A DNA stretch of 41,607 nt from a virus. Lineage: Duplodnaviria; Caudoviricetes. The translations under genes and the position numbers were made by a program. The DNA is taken from positions 1-41,607 of the IMG/VR virus record IMGVR_UViG_3300037479_000620. One strand, given 5' to 3'. The notes under the pieces were generated by a model. That model searched no databases, had not been told where the DNA came from, and saw only the letters and a list, made by a program, of their open reading frames with translations. Shown one piece after another: positions 16,192-25,447 of this stretch (its first letter is position 1; each line of letters begins with the position of its first letter).

Positions 16192-16770
16192 ATGCCGCCG
16201 CGCAAATCGAGCATCCACGACCTGCCCGAGAACGTCCAGCTGATCCTCAACAAGAAGCTCGGCGAGGGGAAAACCACGCTCGACGAGTTCGTGGCGCTGC
16301 TGAAGCAGCAGGGCTTCGAGATCTCGCGCTCGGCGATGGGCCGCTACGCGCGGAGCTTCCGCAAGGAAGTGGAGCGCATGCGGCGCTACCAGCAGCTCTC
16401 CGACATGATGGTGGGCGAGCTCGGCGACGTGGGCGGCACCAAGCTCGGCCGCGCGGCCGCGCACGCCTGCACGATCACGGCGATGAAGTTCGTCGAGGCC
16501 GAGCCCGAGGACGGCGGCGAGGCGCAGGCGATCACGCCGCAGGAGCTGATGTTCGTCACGCGCTCGATCCGCGACGCCGTCGCCGCGTCGAAGATGGAGC
16601 GCGAGCTCGAGGAAGCGATCCGCAAGGCCGCCTTCAAGGAGGCCGCCGACAAGCTCTCCGCGGCCGAGAAGAGCGCCGGCGGCAAAGGGCTTTCGGCCGA
16701 AGCGGTGGCGCAGCTGCGCCGCGACTTCCTCGGCGTGAAGCCGCCCGAGGCGAAGCCGCCGCTGGCATGA
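16192..16770 (+). CDS. Terminase small subunit (Mu gp27/DUF3486-like)
   Basis: KSSIHDLPENV...EISRSAMGRY...GLSAEAVAQLRRDFLGV. Confidence 0.88.
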   Translation: MPPRKSSIHDLPENVQLILNKKLGEGKTTLDEFVALLKQQGFEISRSAMGRYARSFRKEVERMRRYQQLSDMMVGELGDVGGTKLGRAAAHACTITAMKFVEAEPEDGGEAQAITPQELMFVTRSIRDAVAASKMERELEEAIRKAAFKEAADKLSAAEKSAGGKGLSAEAVAQLRRDFLGVKPPEAKPPLA

Positions 16771-18452
16771 GCGAGGAAACGCAACCCCTGCCGACCGCCG
16801 ACCAGGCGCCGCCGCGCTCGCCGGTCGACGAGCTCGTGCCCGGCGCGCTGCCGCCGCCGGATCTCGATCCGCTCGGCGACGGCATCCTGATGGCGCACCA
16901 GAAGGCATGGGTCGAAGACCAGTCGCCGTTCAAGGCGGCCGAGAAGGGCCGGCGCACCGGCATCACCTTCGCCGAGGCGCTCGACAGCACGATCTGGGCC
17001 GCGGCCACGCGCGCGGGCGGCGGCGACAACACCTGGTACATCGGCGACACCAAGGAGAAGGGCCTCGAATTCGTCGGCGTCTGTGCCGCCTTCGCGCGGC
17101 ACGTGGCGAAGGAGCTGCTGACGATCAACGAGTTCGTGTTCGAGGATGCGCAGGAGGACGGCACGACGCGCGCGATCGCCGCCTACCGCGCGCGCTTCGC
17201 GTCGGGCTTCCAGATCGCGGCGCTCTCGTCGCGGCCGGCGGCGATCCGCGGCCTGCAGGGGCGCGTCGTCATCGACGAGGCTGCCTTCCATCAGAACGTC
17301 GCGAAGGTCATCGACGCGTGCAACGCGCTGCTGATCTGGGGCGGCGTCATTCGCGTGATCTCGACCCATAACGGGGCGCTCAACCCCTTCGCCGAGCTGA
17401 TCTCGGAGATCCGCGCGGGCAAGCGCGCCGGCACGGTACACCGCATCACGTTCGACGATGCCGTGAAGAACGGCCTTTACGAGCGCGTGCGCTACCTCCG
17501 CGGCAAGACGGCGAGCGCCGCCGACAAGAAGACCTGGTACGAAACCATCCGCCGCTCCTTCGGCTCGCGCGTCGAGGCGATGCGCGAGGAGCTCGACGTG
17601 ATTCCGCGCGAGGGCGAGGGCGTGCTGCTGCCGCTCGCCTGGATCGAATCCTGCGCCACGGCCGACTACGCCGTGAAGCGCTGGGCGCCGCCGGCCGAAG
17701 ACTTCGTCGACTGGCCCGAGGCGCAGCGGCGCGCCGAGATGCTGGCGTGGCTCGAGCGCGAGGTGGCGCCCTTGCTCGCGCGCTTCGCGCACATCCGCGG
17801 GCCCTGGGCGCTGGGCGAAGACTTCGCGATGCGCCAGGACCGCACCTGCATCGCGCTCGGCTACACGGCGCTCGACTTGCGCCGCCACGTGCCGCTGCTG
17901 CTCGAGCTCGCGCGCTGCCCCTACGATCAGCAGAAGCAGGCGCTGTTCTGGCTCGGCGAGTGGCTGCGCGCGCGATTCTTCCAGCAGGCGATTCTCGACG
18001 CCAACGGCAACGGCATGGTGCTGGCGCAGGAGGCGCGGCAGCGCTTTGGCGTCGAGCGCGTGCTCGAGCTCGTCGCCAACGACGCGTGGCACCGCGAGCA
18101 GACCCCGAAATTCCGCGCCGCGTTCGAGGACAAGACGATCCGCATCCCGGCCGACATCGACGTGCGCGACGATCTGCGCCTCATCCAGGTGATCGGCGGC
18201 GTCGGCAAGATTCCGAGCGACGTGCGCAATGTCGGCGTCGACGGCGGCCGGCGCCACGCCGACGCCGCGGTGGCGCTCATGAACTTCTACGCCGCGAGCT
18301 GCGCGCCCGCTTCGCCGATCGAGTTCCAATCGACGGGACAGAAGCGCGTCGGCTTCGGCGCGTTCGGCGAAGGCCGGCGGGCGGGTCCGCTGTTCGACGA
18401 GCAGAGCGGATTCGGGCGCGCCCGGGGCGGCACGGACCTCAGAGGCTTCTGA
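16767..18452 (+). CDS. Terminase large subunit (Mu gp28-like)
   Basis: EKGRRTGITFAEA, VVIDEAAFH, VISTHNG, GEDFA, RHADAAVA. Confidence 0.95.
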   Translation: MSEETQPLPTADQAPPRSPVDELVPGALPPPDLDPLGDGILMAHQKAWVEDQSPFKAAEKGRRTGITFAEALDSTIWAAATRAGGGDNTWYIGDTKEKGLEFVGVCAAFARHVAKELLTINEFVFEDAQEDGTTRAIAAYRARFASGFQIAALSSRPAAIRGLQGRVVIDEAAFHQNVAKVIDACNALLIWGGVIRVISTHNGALNPFAELISEIRAGKRAGTVHRITFDDAVKNGLYERVRYLRGKTASAADKKTWYETIRRSFGSRVEAMREELDVIPREGEGVLLPLAWIESCATADYAVKRWAPPAEDFVDWPEAQRRAEMLAWLEREVAPLLARFAHIRGPWALGEDFAMRQDRTCIALGYTALDLRRHVPLLLELARCPYDQQKQALFWLGEWLRARFFQQAILDANGNGMVLAQEARQRFGVERVLELVANDAWHREQTPKFRAAFEDKTIRIPADIDVRDDLRLIQVIGGVGKIPSDVRNVGVDGGRRHADAAVALMNFYAASCAPASPIEFQSTGQKRVGFGAFGEGRRAGPLFDEQSGFGRARGGTDLRGF

Positions 18453-18545
18453 AAGGAGAGGCCGACATGGTCGCCCGCAAGAGCGAGCTTCTGCAGAACG
18501 CGCCGTGCGCGTTCTGCCGCAAGGCCGACTGAAGGGGAGGCCGAC

Positions 18546-20117
18546 ATGGCCGAGGAAAAGACCAAGAGCAGCCCGCCGCTCGGCGAGATCAGCGCCGCCG
18601 GCACCGAGCTGGGGCCGTTTTTCAGATCGTGGATGCAGGGCCTCCGCCAGCCCGCCGACAAGCTGCTGCAGGCGCGCGGCGGCGACTGGTCGATCTACGA
18701 GGACGTTCGGCGCGACGACCAGGTGAAGGCGGCGATGCAGCAGCGCCGCGGCGCGGTGGTCTCGCGCGCGTGGTCGGTCGAGGCCGGCGGCGATTCGGCG
18801 CTCGACAAGCAGGCGGCCGCCGCTCTCGAGGAAGACTTGAAGGAGATCCCGTGGGACGCGATCTGCGGCCGGATGCTCTGGGGCGTCTATTTCGGCTGGT
18901 CCGTCGCCGAGCTGATCTGGACGCATCGCAAAGGGCGCTATGCGTGGAGCGCCATCAAGGTCCGCAAGCGCAGCCGCTTCGCCTGGCACTGGGATGGCAC
19001 GCTTCGCCTGCTCACGGTCGACACGCCCGAAGGCACGATCATGCCGGCGAAAAAATTCTGGACCTTCGCCACCGGCGACGACAACGACGACGATCCCTAC
19101 GGGCTCGGCCTGGCGCACTGGCTCTATTGGCCGGTGTTCTTCAAGAAGAACGATTTGAAGGTCTGGCTGATCTTCCTCGAGAAGTTCGGGCAGCCCACGC
19201 CGATCGGGAAATACCCGCCGGGCGCCACGCCCGATCAGAAGGACGATCTCCTGGCGGCCGCGGCCGCGATCGCGACCGAGGCCGCGGTCACGATGCCCGA
19301 AGACATGAAGATGGAGCTGCTCGAGGCGAAGCGCTCCGGCGCCGGCGACTATGCCACGATGCTCGCCACGATGAACGCGGCGATCACGAAGGTGGTGCTT
19401 TCGCAAACGCTCACCACAGACGTGAGCACGGACGGCGGCTCGCGCGCCCTCGGCGACGTGCATGCCGGTGTGCGCGACGACGTGGTCAACGAAGACGCCG
19501 ATCTGCTCTGCGAAAGCTTCAACACCGGGCCGGTCCAATGGTGGACCGAGTTCAACTTTCCGGGCGCCAAGCCCCCGCGCGTCTGGCGCCGCGCCGAGGA
19601 CGACACCGACCTGAAGCCGATCGCCGATCGCGACAAGGTGCTGTTCGACATGGGCTACGAGCCCACGCCGCAATACATGAAGGAGACCTACGGCGAGGGG
19701 TTCCAAAAGAAAAAGAAACCAGAGGCCAAGCCCGGCGCGCGGCGCGTCGACGGAATCGACGAGGCTGCGGACGACGACGCACCGCCAGCGGAGGCCGAGC
19801 TCGCCGAACGCGGCGTTTGCCCGATCCACGGCCGCCGTCACAGCGCGGCCGAGCTCGCCGAGGGCGCGCGCGAGCCCGACGCGATCGACGAGCTCGTCGA
19901 TTCGATGTTGGCCGAATGGGAGCCCGCGATGGCTCCGGTGATCGAGCCCCTGCTGGCGCTCGCCGAAACCTGCAGCAGCTTCGACGAATTCCGCCGCCGC
20001 CTTCCCGAGCTCGCCGGCGCGATGGACACGAAGAAGCTCGAGGACCTCATGGCGCGCGGCGCGTTCGCCGCCCGCATCGCCGGCGATCGGAAGCTCCTCG
20101 GAAACGACGGACAATAG
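18546..20117 (+). CDS. Portal protein (Mu gp29/DUF935-like)
   Basis: PYGLGL..WLYWPVFFK..WLIFLEKFGQPTPIGKY, ITKVVLSQTLTT, GSRALGDVH. Confidence 0.95.
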   Translation: MAEEKTKSSPPLGEISAAGTELGPFFRSWMQGLRQPADKLLQARGGDWSIYEDVRRDDQVKAAMQQRRGAVVSRAWSVEAGGDSALDKQAAAALEEDLKEIPWDAICGRMLWGVYFGWSVAELIWTHRKGRYAWSAIKVRKRSRFAWHWDGTLRLLTVDTPEGTIMPAKKFWTFATGDDNDDDPYGLGLAHWLYWPVFFKKNDLKVWLIFLEKFGQPTPIGKYPPGATPDQKDDLLAAAAAIATEAAVTMPEDMKMELLEAKRSGAGDYATMLATMNAAITKVVLSQTLTTDVSTDGGSRALGDVHAGVRDDVVNEDADLLCESFNTGPVQWWTEFNFPGAKPPRVWRRAEDDTDLKPIADRDKVLFDMGYEPTPQYMKETYGEGFQKKKKPEAKPGARRVDGIDEAADDDAPPAEAELAERGVCPIHGRRHSAAELAEGAREPDAIDELVDSMLAEWEPAMAPVIEPLLALAETCSSFDEFRRRLPELAGAMDTKKLEDLMARGAFAARIAGDRKLLGNDGQ

Positions 20118-21383
20118 ATGGCCGATCGCGTGCAACTTCGCCCGCTGCCGCCGGCGGGCGCGCTCGCCTACTTCCGCCGCAAGCGGCTCCAGCCGAGCTT
20201 CGCCTGGCAGGACGTGTTGCAGGAAGAGCACGTCAACGTCTTCACCGTCGCGAAGGCGATGACGCTCGACGTGCTCGACGCGATGAACGGCTCGATCGAC
20301 CGCGTGCTGGCCGAGGGCCGCACCTTCGAGCAGTGGAAGAAGGATCTGGTGCCCGAGCTGCAGCGGCTCGGCTGGTGGGGCCGCGCCAGGATGCGCGACC
20401 CGAAGTTCGATGTGGAGCGCGAGGTGCAGCTCGGCTCGCCGCGGCGCCTGAAGACGATCTTCCACATGAACACGCGCACGGCCTATGCCGCGCAGCTCTG
20501 GGAGACGATCCAGAAGGGAAAGCGGCTTTTCCCCTATCTCAAATACGTCGACATGGACGACGACAAGGTGCGCCCGCTGCATGCGTTCTGGGGCCGCACG
20601 ATCGTCCTCCGCGTCGACGATGAGTGGTGGCTCTACTACTACCCGCCGAACGACTGGAACTGCCGCTGCAGTGTGCGCCAGCTTTCCGAGCGCGATCTCG
20701 CGCGCCTGAAGCTCGAGGTGACGAGCCCGCCGCCGCGCGTCGAGTATGTGAGCTGGGTCAATCGGCGCACCGGGCAGACCGAGCAGGTCCCGCGCGGCCT
20801 CTCGCCGGGCTTCGGCTACAACGTCGGCGCCGCGTGGCTCAAGGCGCGCGAAGCCACCAAGGCGCGCGCCGAGCCGCCGGCGGGCGACGTAGAGCGCATC
20901 CTATCGGCGGTGCCGCTCTCCGCGCTGAACGCGCAGCTCCGCCGGGCCGAGCCCGAGGTCGCCAACGCGGCGCTGCGCGCGCTCGTCGCGTCCGACACCT
21001 TCGCGCAATTCCTTGCGAAGCCGAGCGGCCTCGGCTTTCCGGTCATGCGCCTCTCCGAGGCCGTGCGCGCGGCGATCAGCGCCGACGATCCGGTCGCGGC
21101 GCTCTCGGCGTGGACCGCGGCCAAGCAGGCACGCGAGCATCCCGACCTCACGATTGAGGATTACCGCCAGCTTCCGGAGCTCGGCGCAGCGCCGACCGTC
21201 GTGATCAAGGACAGCGAGCAATCGGTCGTCATCGTCCGGCGCGGCGAGCGCAGCTACCTTGCCGTCGTGCGGCGCACGAGCAGCGGCGCCGCCACGTTCG
21301 TGCAATCGTTTCGCCGTGTCGATTCGCGCGAGGTGGCGCGCCAGCTCCGGCGCGGCCAGGTCGTCTTCGGCAAGTGGGAGTAG
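20118..21383 (+). CDS. MuF head morphogenesis protein with C-terminal PBECR-like nuclease domain
   Basis: MuF motifs RRLKTIFHMN and VRPLH...YPPNDWNCRCSV; extension KQAREHPDLTIEDYRQLP...YLAVVRRT..G..FVQSFRR. Confidence 0.85.
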   Translation: MADRVQLRPLPPAGALAYFRRKRLQPSFAWQDVLQEEHVNVFTVAKAMTLDVLDAMNGSIDRVLAEGRTFEQWKKDLVPELQRLGWWGRARMRDPKFDVEREVQLGSPRRLKTIFHMNTRTAYAAQLWETIQKGKRLFPYLKYVDMDDDKVRPLHAFWGRTIVLRVDDEWWLYYYPPNDWNCRCSVRQLSERDLARLKLEVTSPPPRVEYVSWVNRRTGQTEQVPRGLSPGFGYNVGAAWLKAREATKARAEPPAGDVERILSAVPLSALNAQLRRAEPEVANAALRALVASDTFAQFLAKPSGLGFPVMRLSEAVRAAISADDPVAALSAWTAAKQAREHPDLTIEDYRQLPELGAAPTVVIKDSEQSVVIVRRGERSYLAVVRRTSSGAATFVQSFRRVDSREVARQLRRGQVVFGKWE

Positions 21384-21483
21384 GTGGCGCGCGGCGGGGC
21401 CTACCGCGGAACCCCGCATGACGCTCCGGCGGCCGAGACCGCCGTGCTACGGCCGGTAGAATTGCACCGTGTCGCGCGCGCCT
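21382..21483 (+). ncRNA. Candidate structured RNA directly after MuF-PBECR
   Basis: Potential closing stem (21382-21395 with 21471-21483), GCGGGG/CCCCGC, GGCGG/CCGCC, GTGC/GCAC; no ORF. Confidence 0.4.
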
Positions 21484-21757
21484 GGCCGGTAATGTAGCCC
21501 GGCCGGCGCCTCGTTTGAAGGGGCCGGGGGCCTCCAGGACTCAAATCATGTGATTCGGCTGCCCTGCCGGCCGCAGGCCGATCGCCGGATTCCGGCCTCA
21601 GGCGCGCGCCTGCAGCGCCTCCGCCGCATCATGCGCCGCCGCCGGGGGCTTAAACGCCTGTTAAACGCTTTAACGGCCGTTCACGGGCCGCTCTGGTAGG
21701 AGGCTTCCGGCCTGATTCGGGCGCCGGCTGTCCTGAGCTGCCGCGGGTCCCGCTTAC

Positions 21758-21804
21758 CCCTGACATCTGTCAGGGCGCCCAGCCTGCGGGCCGGACCGTA
21801 GGTT
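21758..21804 (+). promoter_or_regulatory. Late promoter 2: activator palindrome plus -10 box (head/tail operon)
   Basis: CCCTGACATCTGTCAGGG (21758-21775), 23 nt, TAGGTT; same geometry as 13562. Confidence 0.75.
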
Positions 21805-21897
21805 CCGGTCGCTCGGCCGCCGGCCGAGCTGGCGGAGAAGCGGCCATTGGGCCGGTTCTCCAGAAATTGCCCGAAGGGCAATGACCGGGGCAAGGGC

Positions 21898-23028
21898 GTG
21901 CAAGCCATCGAGATCCTGAAGCCGGGGGCCTACACCGACGCGAAGGGCCAGAAGGTCGCCTTCACCGCGGCCGATCTCGCCGGCATCGCCGCCGCCTACG
22001 ACCCGGCGCTCTCGGAAGCGCCGCTCGTCGTCGGGCACCCCAAGACCGACGACCCGGCCTATGGGTGGGTGAAGACGCTCAAGCTCGAGGGCGAGCGCCT
22101 CGTCGCCGAGCCGCACCAGGTCGACGCGGCGTTCGCCGATCTCGTCGCCGCCGGCCGCTTCAAGAAGGTCTCGGCCTCGCTGTTCCGGCCCGACGCCGCC
22201 AACAGCCCGAAGAAGGGCGGCTGGTATCTCCGCCACATCGGCTTCCTCGGCGCGCAGGCGCCGGCGGTTAAGGGCTTGAAATCGGTACAGCTCAGCGAGG
22301 CCGACGCCGGCGTCGTCGAGCTCGCGACCTGGGCCGACTCCACGATCGCGCGGGCCTTCCGCGCGCTGCGCGATTTCCTGATCGGCGAGTTCGGCCAGGA
22401 GAAAGCCGATCGCGCGCTGCCGCCGTGGACGGTGGACAGCATGCAGGAGGAAACCGCGGCCGAGCGCGCGAAGGCCGCGCCCGCCAGCTTCAGCGACCCG
22501 CCGGCGCCGGCGCCGGTCAACAAGGAGAGTGAAGTGTCGAAGGAACTCGAAGCCCGCGAGGCCGCGGCGAAGGCGGCCGAGGACAAGAACGCGAAAGACC
22601 GCGCCGACCTGGACAAGCAGGCCGCCGATCTCGCCGAGCGCGAAGCGAAGGCACGGCGCGAGGACGACGAGGAGCTGCTCGACGAGCTCGTCGAGGCGGG
22701 CCGCCTCGCGCCGGGCCACAAGAACGGCCTGCTCGATTTCATGGGCTCGCTCGAGGAGGGAGAAACGCTCGAGTTCGCGGAAGCCGGAGGCGGCGCGGAC
22801 GGCAAGACGAAGACCAAGGCGACACAGCGCGCCTGGTTCCGCGGCTTCCTCGGCAAGCTGCCGAAGGTCGTCGATTTCGGCGAGGCCGCGCCCGGCGGGC
22901 CCGGCGCCGTGGATCTCGCCGATCCGGGCAAGATCGCCGAGGCGGCGATCGCGCTGCAGACGGCCGAAAAGGCCAAAGGCATCGACATCAGCGTGGCGGA
23001 CGCCGTCCTCCGCGTGAGCAAGAAGTGA
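21898..23028 (+). CDS. Prohead protease/scaffold (Mu gpI-like)
   Basis: APLVVGHPKTDDPAYGWV, FKKVSASLF, YLRHIGFLGAQAPAVKGL; charged scaffold-like C-terminal half. Confidence 0.9.
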   Translation: MQAIEILKPGAYTDAKGQKVAFTAADLAGIAAAYDPALSEAPLVVGHPKTDDPAYGWVKTLKLEGERLVAEPHQVDAAFADLVAAGRFKKVSASLFRPDAANSPKKGGWYLRHIGFLGAQAPAVKGLKSVQLSEADAGVVELATWADSTIARAFRALRDFLIGEFGQEKADRALPPWTVDSMQEETAAERAKAAPASFSDPPAPAPVNKESEVSKELEAREAAAKAAEDKNAKDRADLDKQAADLAEREAKARREDDEELLDELVEAGRLAPGHKNGLLDFMGSLEEGETLEFAEAGGGADGKTKTKATQRAWFRGFLGKLPKVVDFGEAAPGGPGAVDLADPGKIAEAAIALQTAEKAKGIDISVADAVLRVSKK

Positions 23029-23038
23029 AGGAGCGACC

Positions 23039-23410
23039 ATGAACCCGACGCTCACGAAGACCTACGTCGCCGAAGCCGCCGTCACCAAGCGGCGCATCGT
23101 CAAGCCCGGCACCGCCGACGGCAACGTGCTGCTCGGCGCCGCCGTGGGCGACGCTCTCATCGGCGTCTCCGCCGACATCGACGCCGCGATCGGCGAGCGC
23201 GTCGACGTGCACCATGCCGGCATCGTCGAGGTCGAATACGGCGGCACCGTCGCGCGCGGCGACCCGCTCACATCGGACGGCACCGGCCGCGCGGTCGCCG
23301 CCGCGCCCGGCGCCGGCGTCAACAACAACATCATCGGCCGCGCGCTCGTCGCGGGCGTCGTCGGCGATATCGGCAAGGCGCTGATCGCGCCCGGCCGCAT
23401 CCAGGGCTAG
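23039..23410 (+). CDS. Capsid decoration/cement protein (DUF2190-like)
   Basis: GIVEVEYGGTVARGDPLTSDGTGRAV; located between protease and capsid. Confidence 0.8.
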   Translation: MNPTLTKTYVAEAAVTKRRIVKPGTADGNVLLGAAVGDALIGVSADIDAAIGERVDVHHAGIVEVEYGGTVARGDPLTSDGTGRAVAAAPGAGVNNNIIGRALVAGVVGDIGKALIAPGRIQG

Positions 23411-23433
23411 TGAGCCCCGAAAGAGGACCCGAC

Positions 23434-24477
23434 ATGAAGATCTCCGCCTCCAAGTTCGTTTGCTTCGGCCTCGCCGCGGCTCTCGCCTGTGTGGCGCTCT
23501 CCGGGATCGTCGACCCGGCGCTCGCCGGCGGCGTCGCGCTCGCGATGGCCGTCTCGCCGTTCCCGACCGACCCGCAGCTCACCGCGATCGCGATCGCCTA
23601 CCGCAACCAGTCCTACATCGCCGACCAGGTGCTGCCGCGCGACACGGTCGGCGCACAAGAGTTCAAGTGGTGGGTCTATCCCACCGCCGAGACGTTCTTC
23701 CTCCCCGACACGAAGGTGGGGCGCAAGGGCGCGCCGAACGAGATCGACCTGACCGCGACCGAGACGACGTCGAAGACCGACGACTACGGCCTCGACGACC
23801 CGATCCCGCAATCCGACATCGACAACGCGCCCGCGGGCAAGGACCCGGTGGCGCACGGCGTGATGCAGCTCACCGACTACATCATGCTCGACCGCGAGAA
23901 GCGCACGGCCGATCTCGTCTTCGCCGCCGCGCAATATCCGGCCGCAAACAAGGTCACGCTCTCGGGCACGTCGCAGTGGAGCGACTTCACCAACTCCGAC
24001 CCGATCGGCGTGATCATGACCGGCCTCGACGCCTGTCTGGTGCGCCCGAACGTGATCACTATGGGCCAGGAGGTGTGGACCAAGCTCTCGCAGCACCCGA
24101 AGATCCAGAAGGCCGTGCACGGCAACGAGGGCGACACGGGCATTGCGCGCCGGCGCCAGGTGGCCGAGCTCTTCGAGGTCGACGAGGTCCTCGTCGGCCA
24201 GTCGCGCCTCAACACCGCCAAGAAGGGCCAGGCCGCGACGCTCTCGCGCGTCTGGGGCAAGCACTGCCTGCTGCACTTTCGAAACAAGCTCGCGACCGTC
24301 AGCGGAGGGACGCTCACCTTCGGGCTCACGGCGCAGTGGGGCGGGCGGATCAGCGGCCGGATGCCCGACAGCAAGATCGGCCTGCGCGGCGGCCAGCGCC
24401 TGCGCGTCGGCGAATCGGTGAAGGAGCTCATCGTCGCCAACCAGGCGGGCTACCTCATCATCGACGCCGTCGCCTAG
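23434..24477 (+). CDS. Major capsid protein
   Basis: PFPTDPQLTAIAIAYRNQSYIADQVLP...LDREKRTA...RPN...WGKH; synteny. Confidence 0.88.
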   Translation: MKISASKFVCFGLAAALACVALSGIVDPALAGGVALAMAVSPFPTDPQLTAIAIAYRNQSYIADQVLPRDTVGAQEFKWWVYPTAETFFLPDTKVGRKGAPNEIDLTATETTSKTDDYGLDDPIPQSDIDNAPAGKDPVAHGVMQLTDYIMLDREKRTADLVFAAAQYPAANKVTLSGTSQWSDFTNSDPIGVIMTGLDACLVRPNVITMGQEVWTKLSQHPKIQKAVHGNEGDTGIARRRQVAELFEVDEVLVGQSRLNTAKKGQAATLSRVWGKHCLLHFRNKLATVSGGTLTFGLTAQWGGRISGRMPDSKIGLRGGQRLRVGESVKELIVANQAGYLIIDAVA

Positions 24478-24500
24478 CGGCGCGCACAACGGGGCGGATC

Positions 24501-24686
24501 ATGGCCAAGCAGACCTACGAAGTTCTCTCGCCGCTGCTGCACGACGGCAAGCGCTACGAGCCCGGCAAGACCATCTCGCTCGAGGAAGACGCCGCCGCGG
24601 GCCTCGTGGCCAACGGCACGCTCGGGGCGCCGTCGGTCGCGGAGCGACCTTCTGGCGAAGCCAAGGCTTCGCCCAAGGAGAAATAA
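24501..24686 (+). CDS. Small head-associated protein
   Basis: YEVLSPLLHDGKRYEPGKTISL; follows capsid. Confidence 0.7.
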   Translation: MAKQTYEVLSPLLHDGKRYEPGKTISLEEDAAAGLVANGTLGAPSVAERPSGEAKASPKEK

Positions 24687-24778
24687 CGAACGCGCGGCGG
24701 AGAGGCGGCGGGTCTCGCTCACGATCCGTGCTGGGGTTGGGAGGCCCCCGCCGCCTCGACGCGAACAGGAGAAGTCTC

Positions 24779-25015
24779 GTGGAGCAGAAACCGAGCGTCG
24801 GCCGCATCGTGATCTACAAGGCCGCGGGGCCGCATGAAGTCTTCAACGGCTCCGATCGCCACCCGGCGATCATCACCGCGGTGTTCTCCGACCGTATGGT
24901 GAATCTCAAGGTCCTGCCCGATCTCAATCCGATCTTCGACGCGAGCTCGGTCGAGCGTTGCGACGCGCCCGACGAGCCCGGGCTGCGCCGTTGGTTCTGG
25001 CCGCCGCGCGTGTAA
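24779..25015 (+). CDS. Conserved-looking small phage protein
   Basis: KPSVGRIVIY...PAIITAV...VNLKV...WFWPPRV; SD AGGAG. Confidence 0.7.
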   Translation: MEQKPSVGRIVIYKAAGPHEVFNGSDRHPAIITAVFSDRMVNLKVLPDLNPIFDASSVERCDAPDEPGLRRWFWPPRV

Positions 25016-25025
25016 CTGAGGCGAC

Positions 25026-25445
25026 GTGCCCTACGCCACGCAACAGAACCTGGTCGATCGCTTCGGCGAGGCCGAGATCAAGCAGATCGCGGACCGCGAC
25101 GGCGACGGCGCGATCGACGCCGGCGTGGTGGCGAAGGCGCTCGCGGACGCCGAGGCCGAGATCGACAGCTACATCGGCAACGTCTACCAGCTGCCGCTCG
25201 CATCGGTGCCCGCGCGCGTCGTCGATCTCGCGCAGGACCTCGCACTCTACAAGCTCTACGCCTCGAACCCGCCCGAAGACGTGGTGCGTCGCTATCGCGA
25301 CGCCATCCGCTTCCTCGAAGCCGTTTCGGCCGGCAAGGCCGTGCTGCCCGGCCTGGATGGGGCGCCGCCGCCTTCCGCCGGCGCCGGCGTCGCAGTCTCC
25401 GCGCCCGAGCGCGTGTTCACGCGCGACACACTCAAGGATCTCTAG
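25026..25445 (+). CDS. Head-tail adaptor (Mu gp36/DUF1320-like)
   Basis: YATQQNLVDRFGE...ALADAEAEIDSYI..YQLPL...RYRDAIRFLEAV. Confidence 0.9.
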   Translation: MPYATQQNLVDRFGEAEIKQIADRDGDGAIDAGVVAKALADAEAEIDSYIGNVYQLPLASVPARVVDLAQDLALYKLYASNPPEDVVRRYRDAIRFLEAVSAGKAVLPGLDGAPPPSAGAGVAVSAPERVFTRDTLKDL

Positions 25446-25447
25446 CC

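Noticed and set aside
16128-16766. N-terminal extension of TerL in the 774-aa ORF
   Set aside because: Overlaps TerS in another frame; the real start is the ATGA overlap at 16767
16386-20582. 1398-aa minus-strand ORF
   Set aside because: Shadow of terminase and portal
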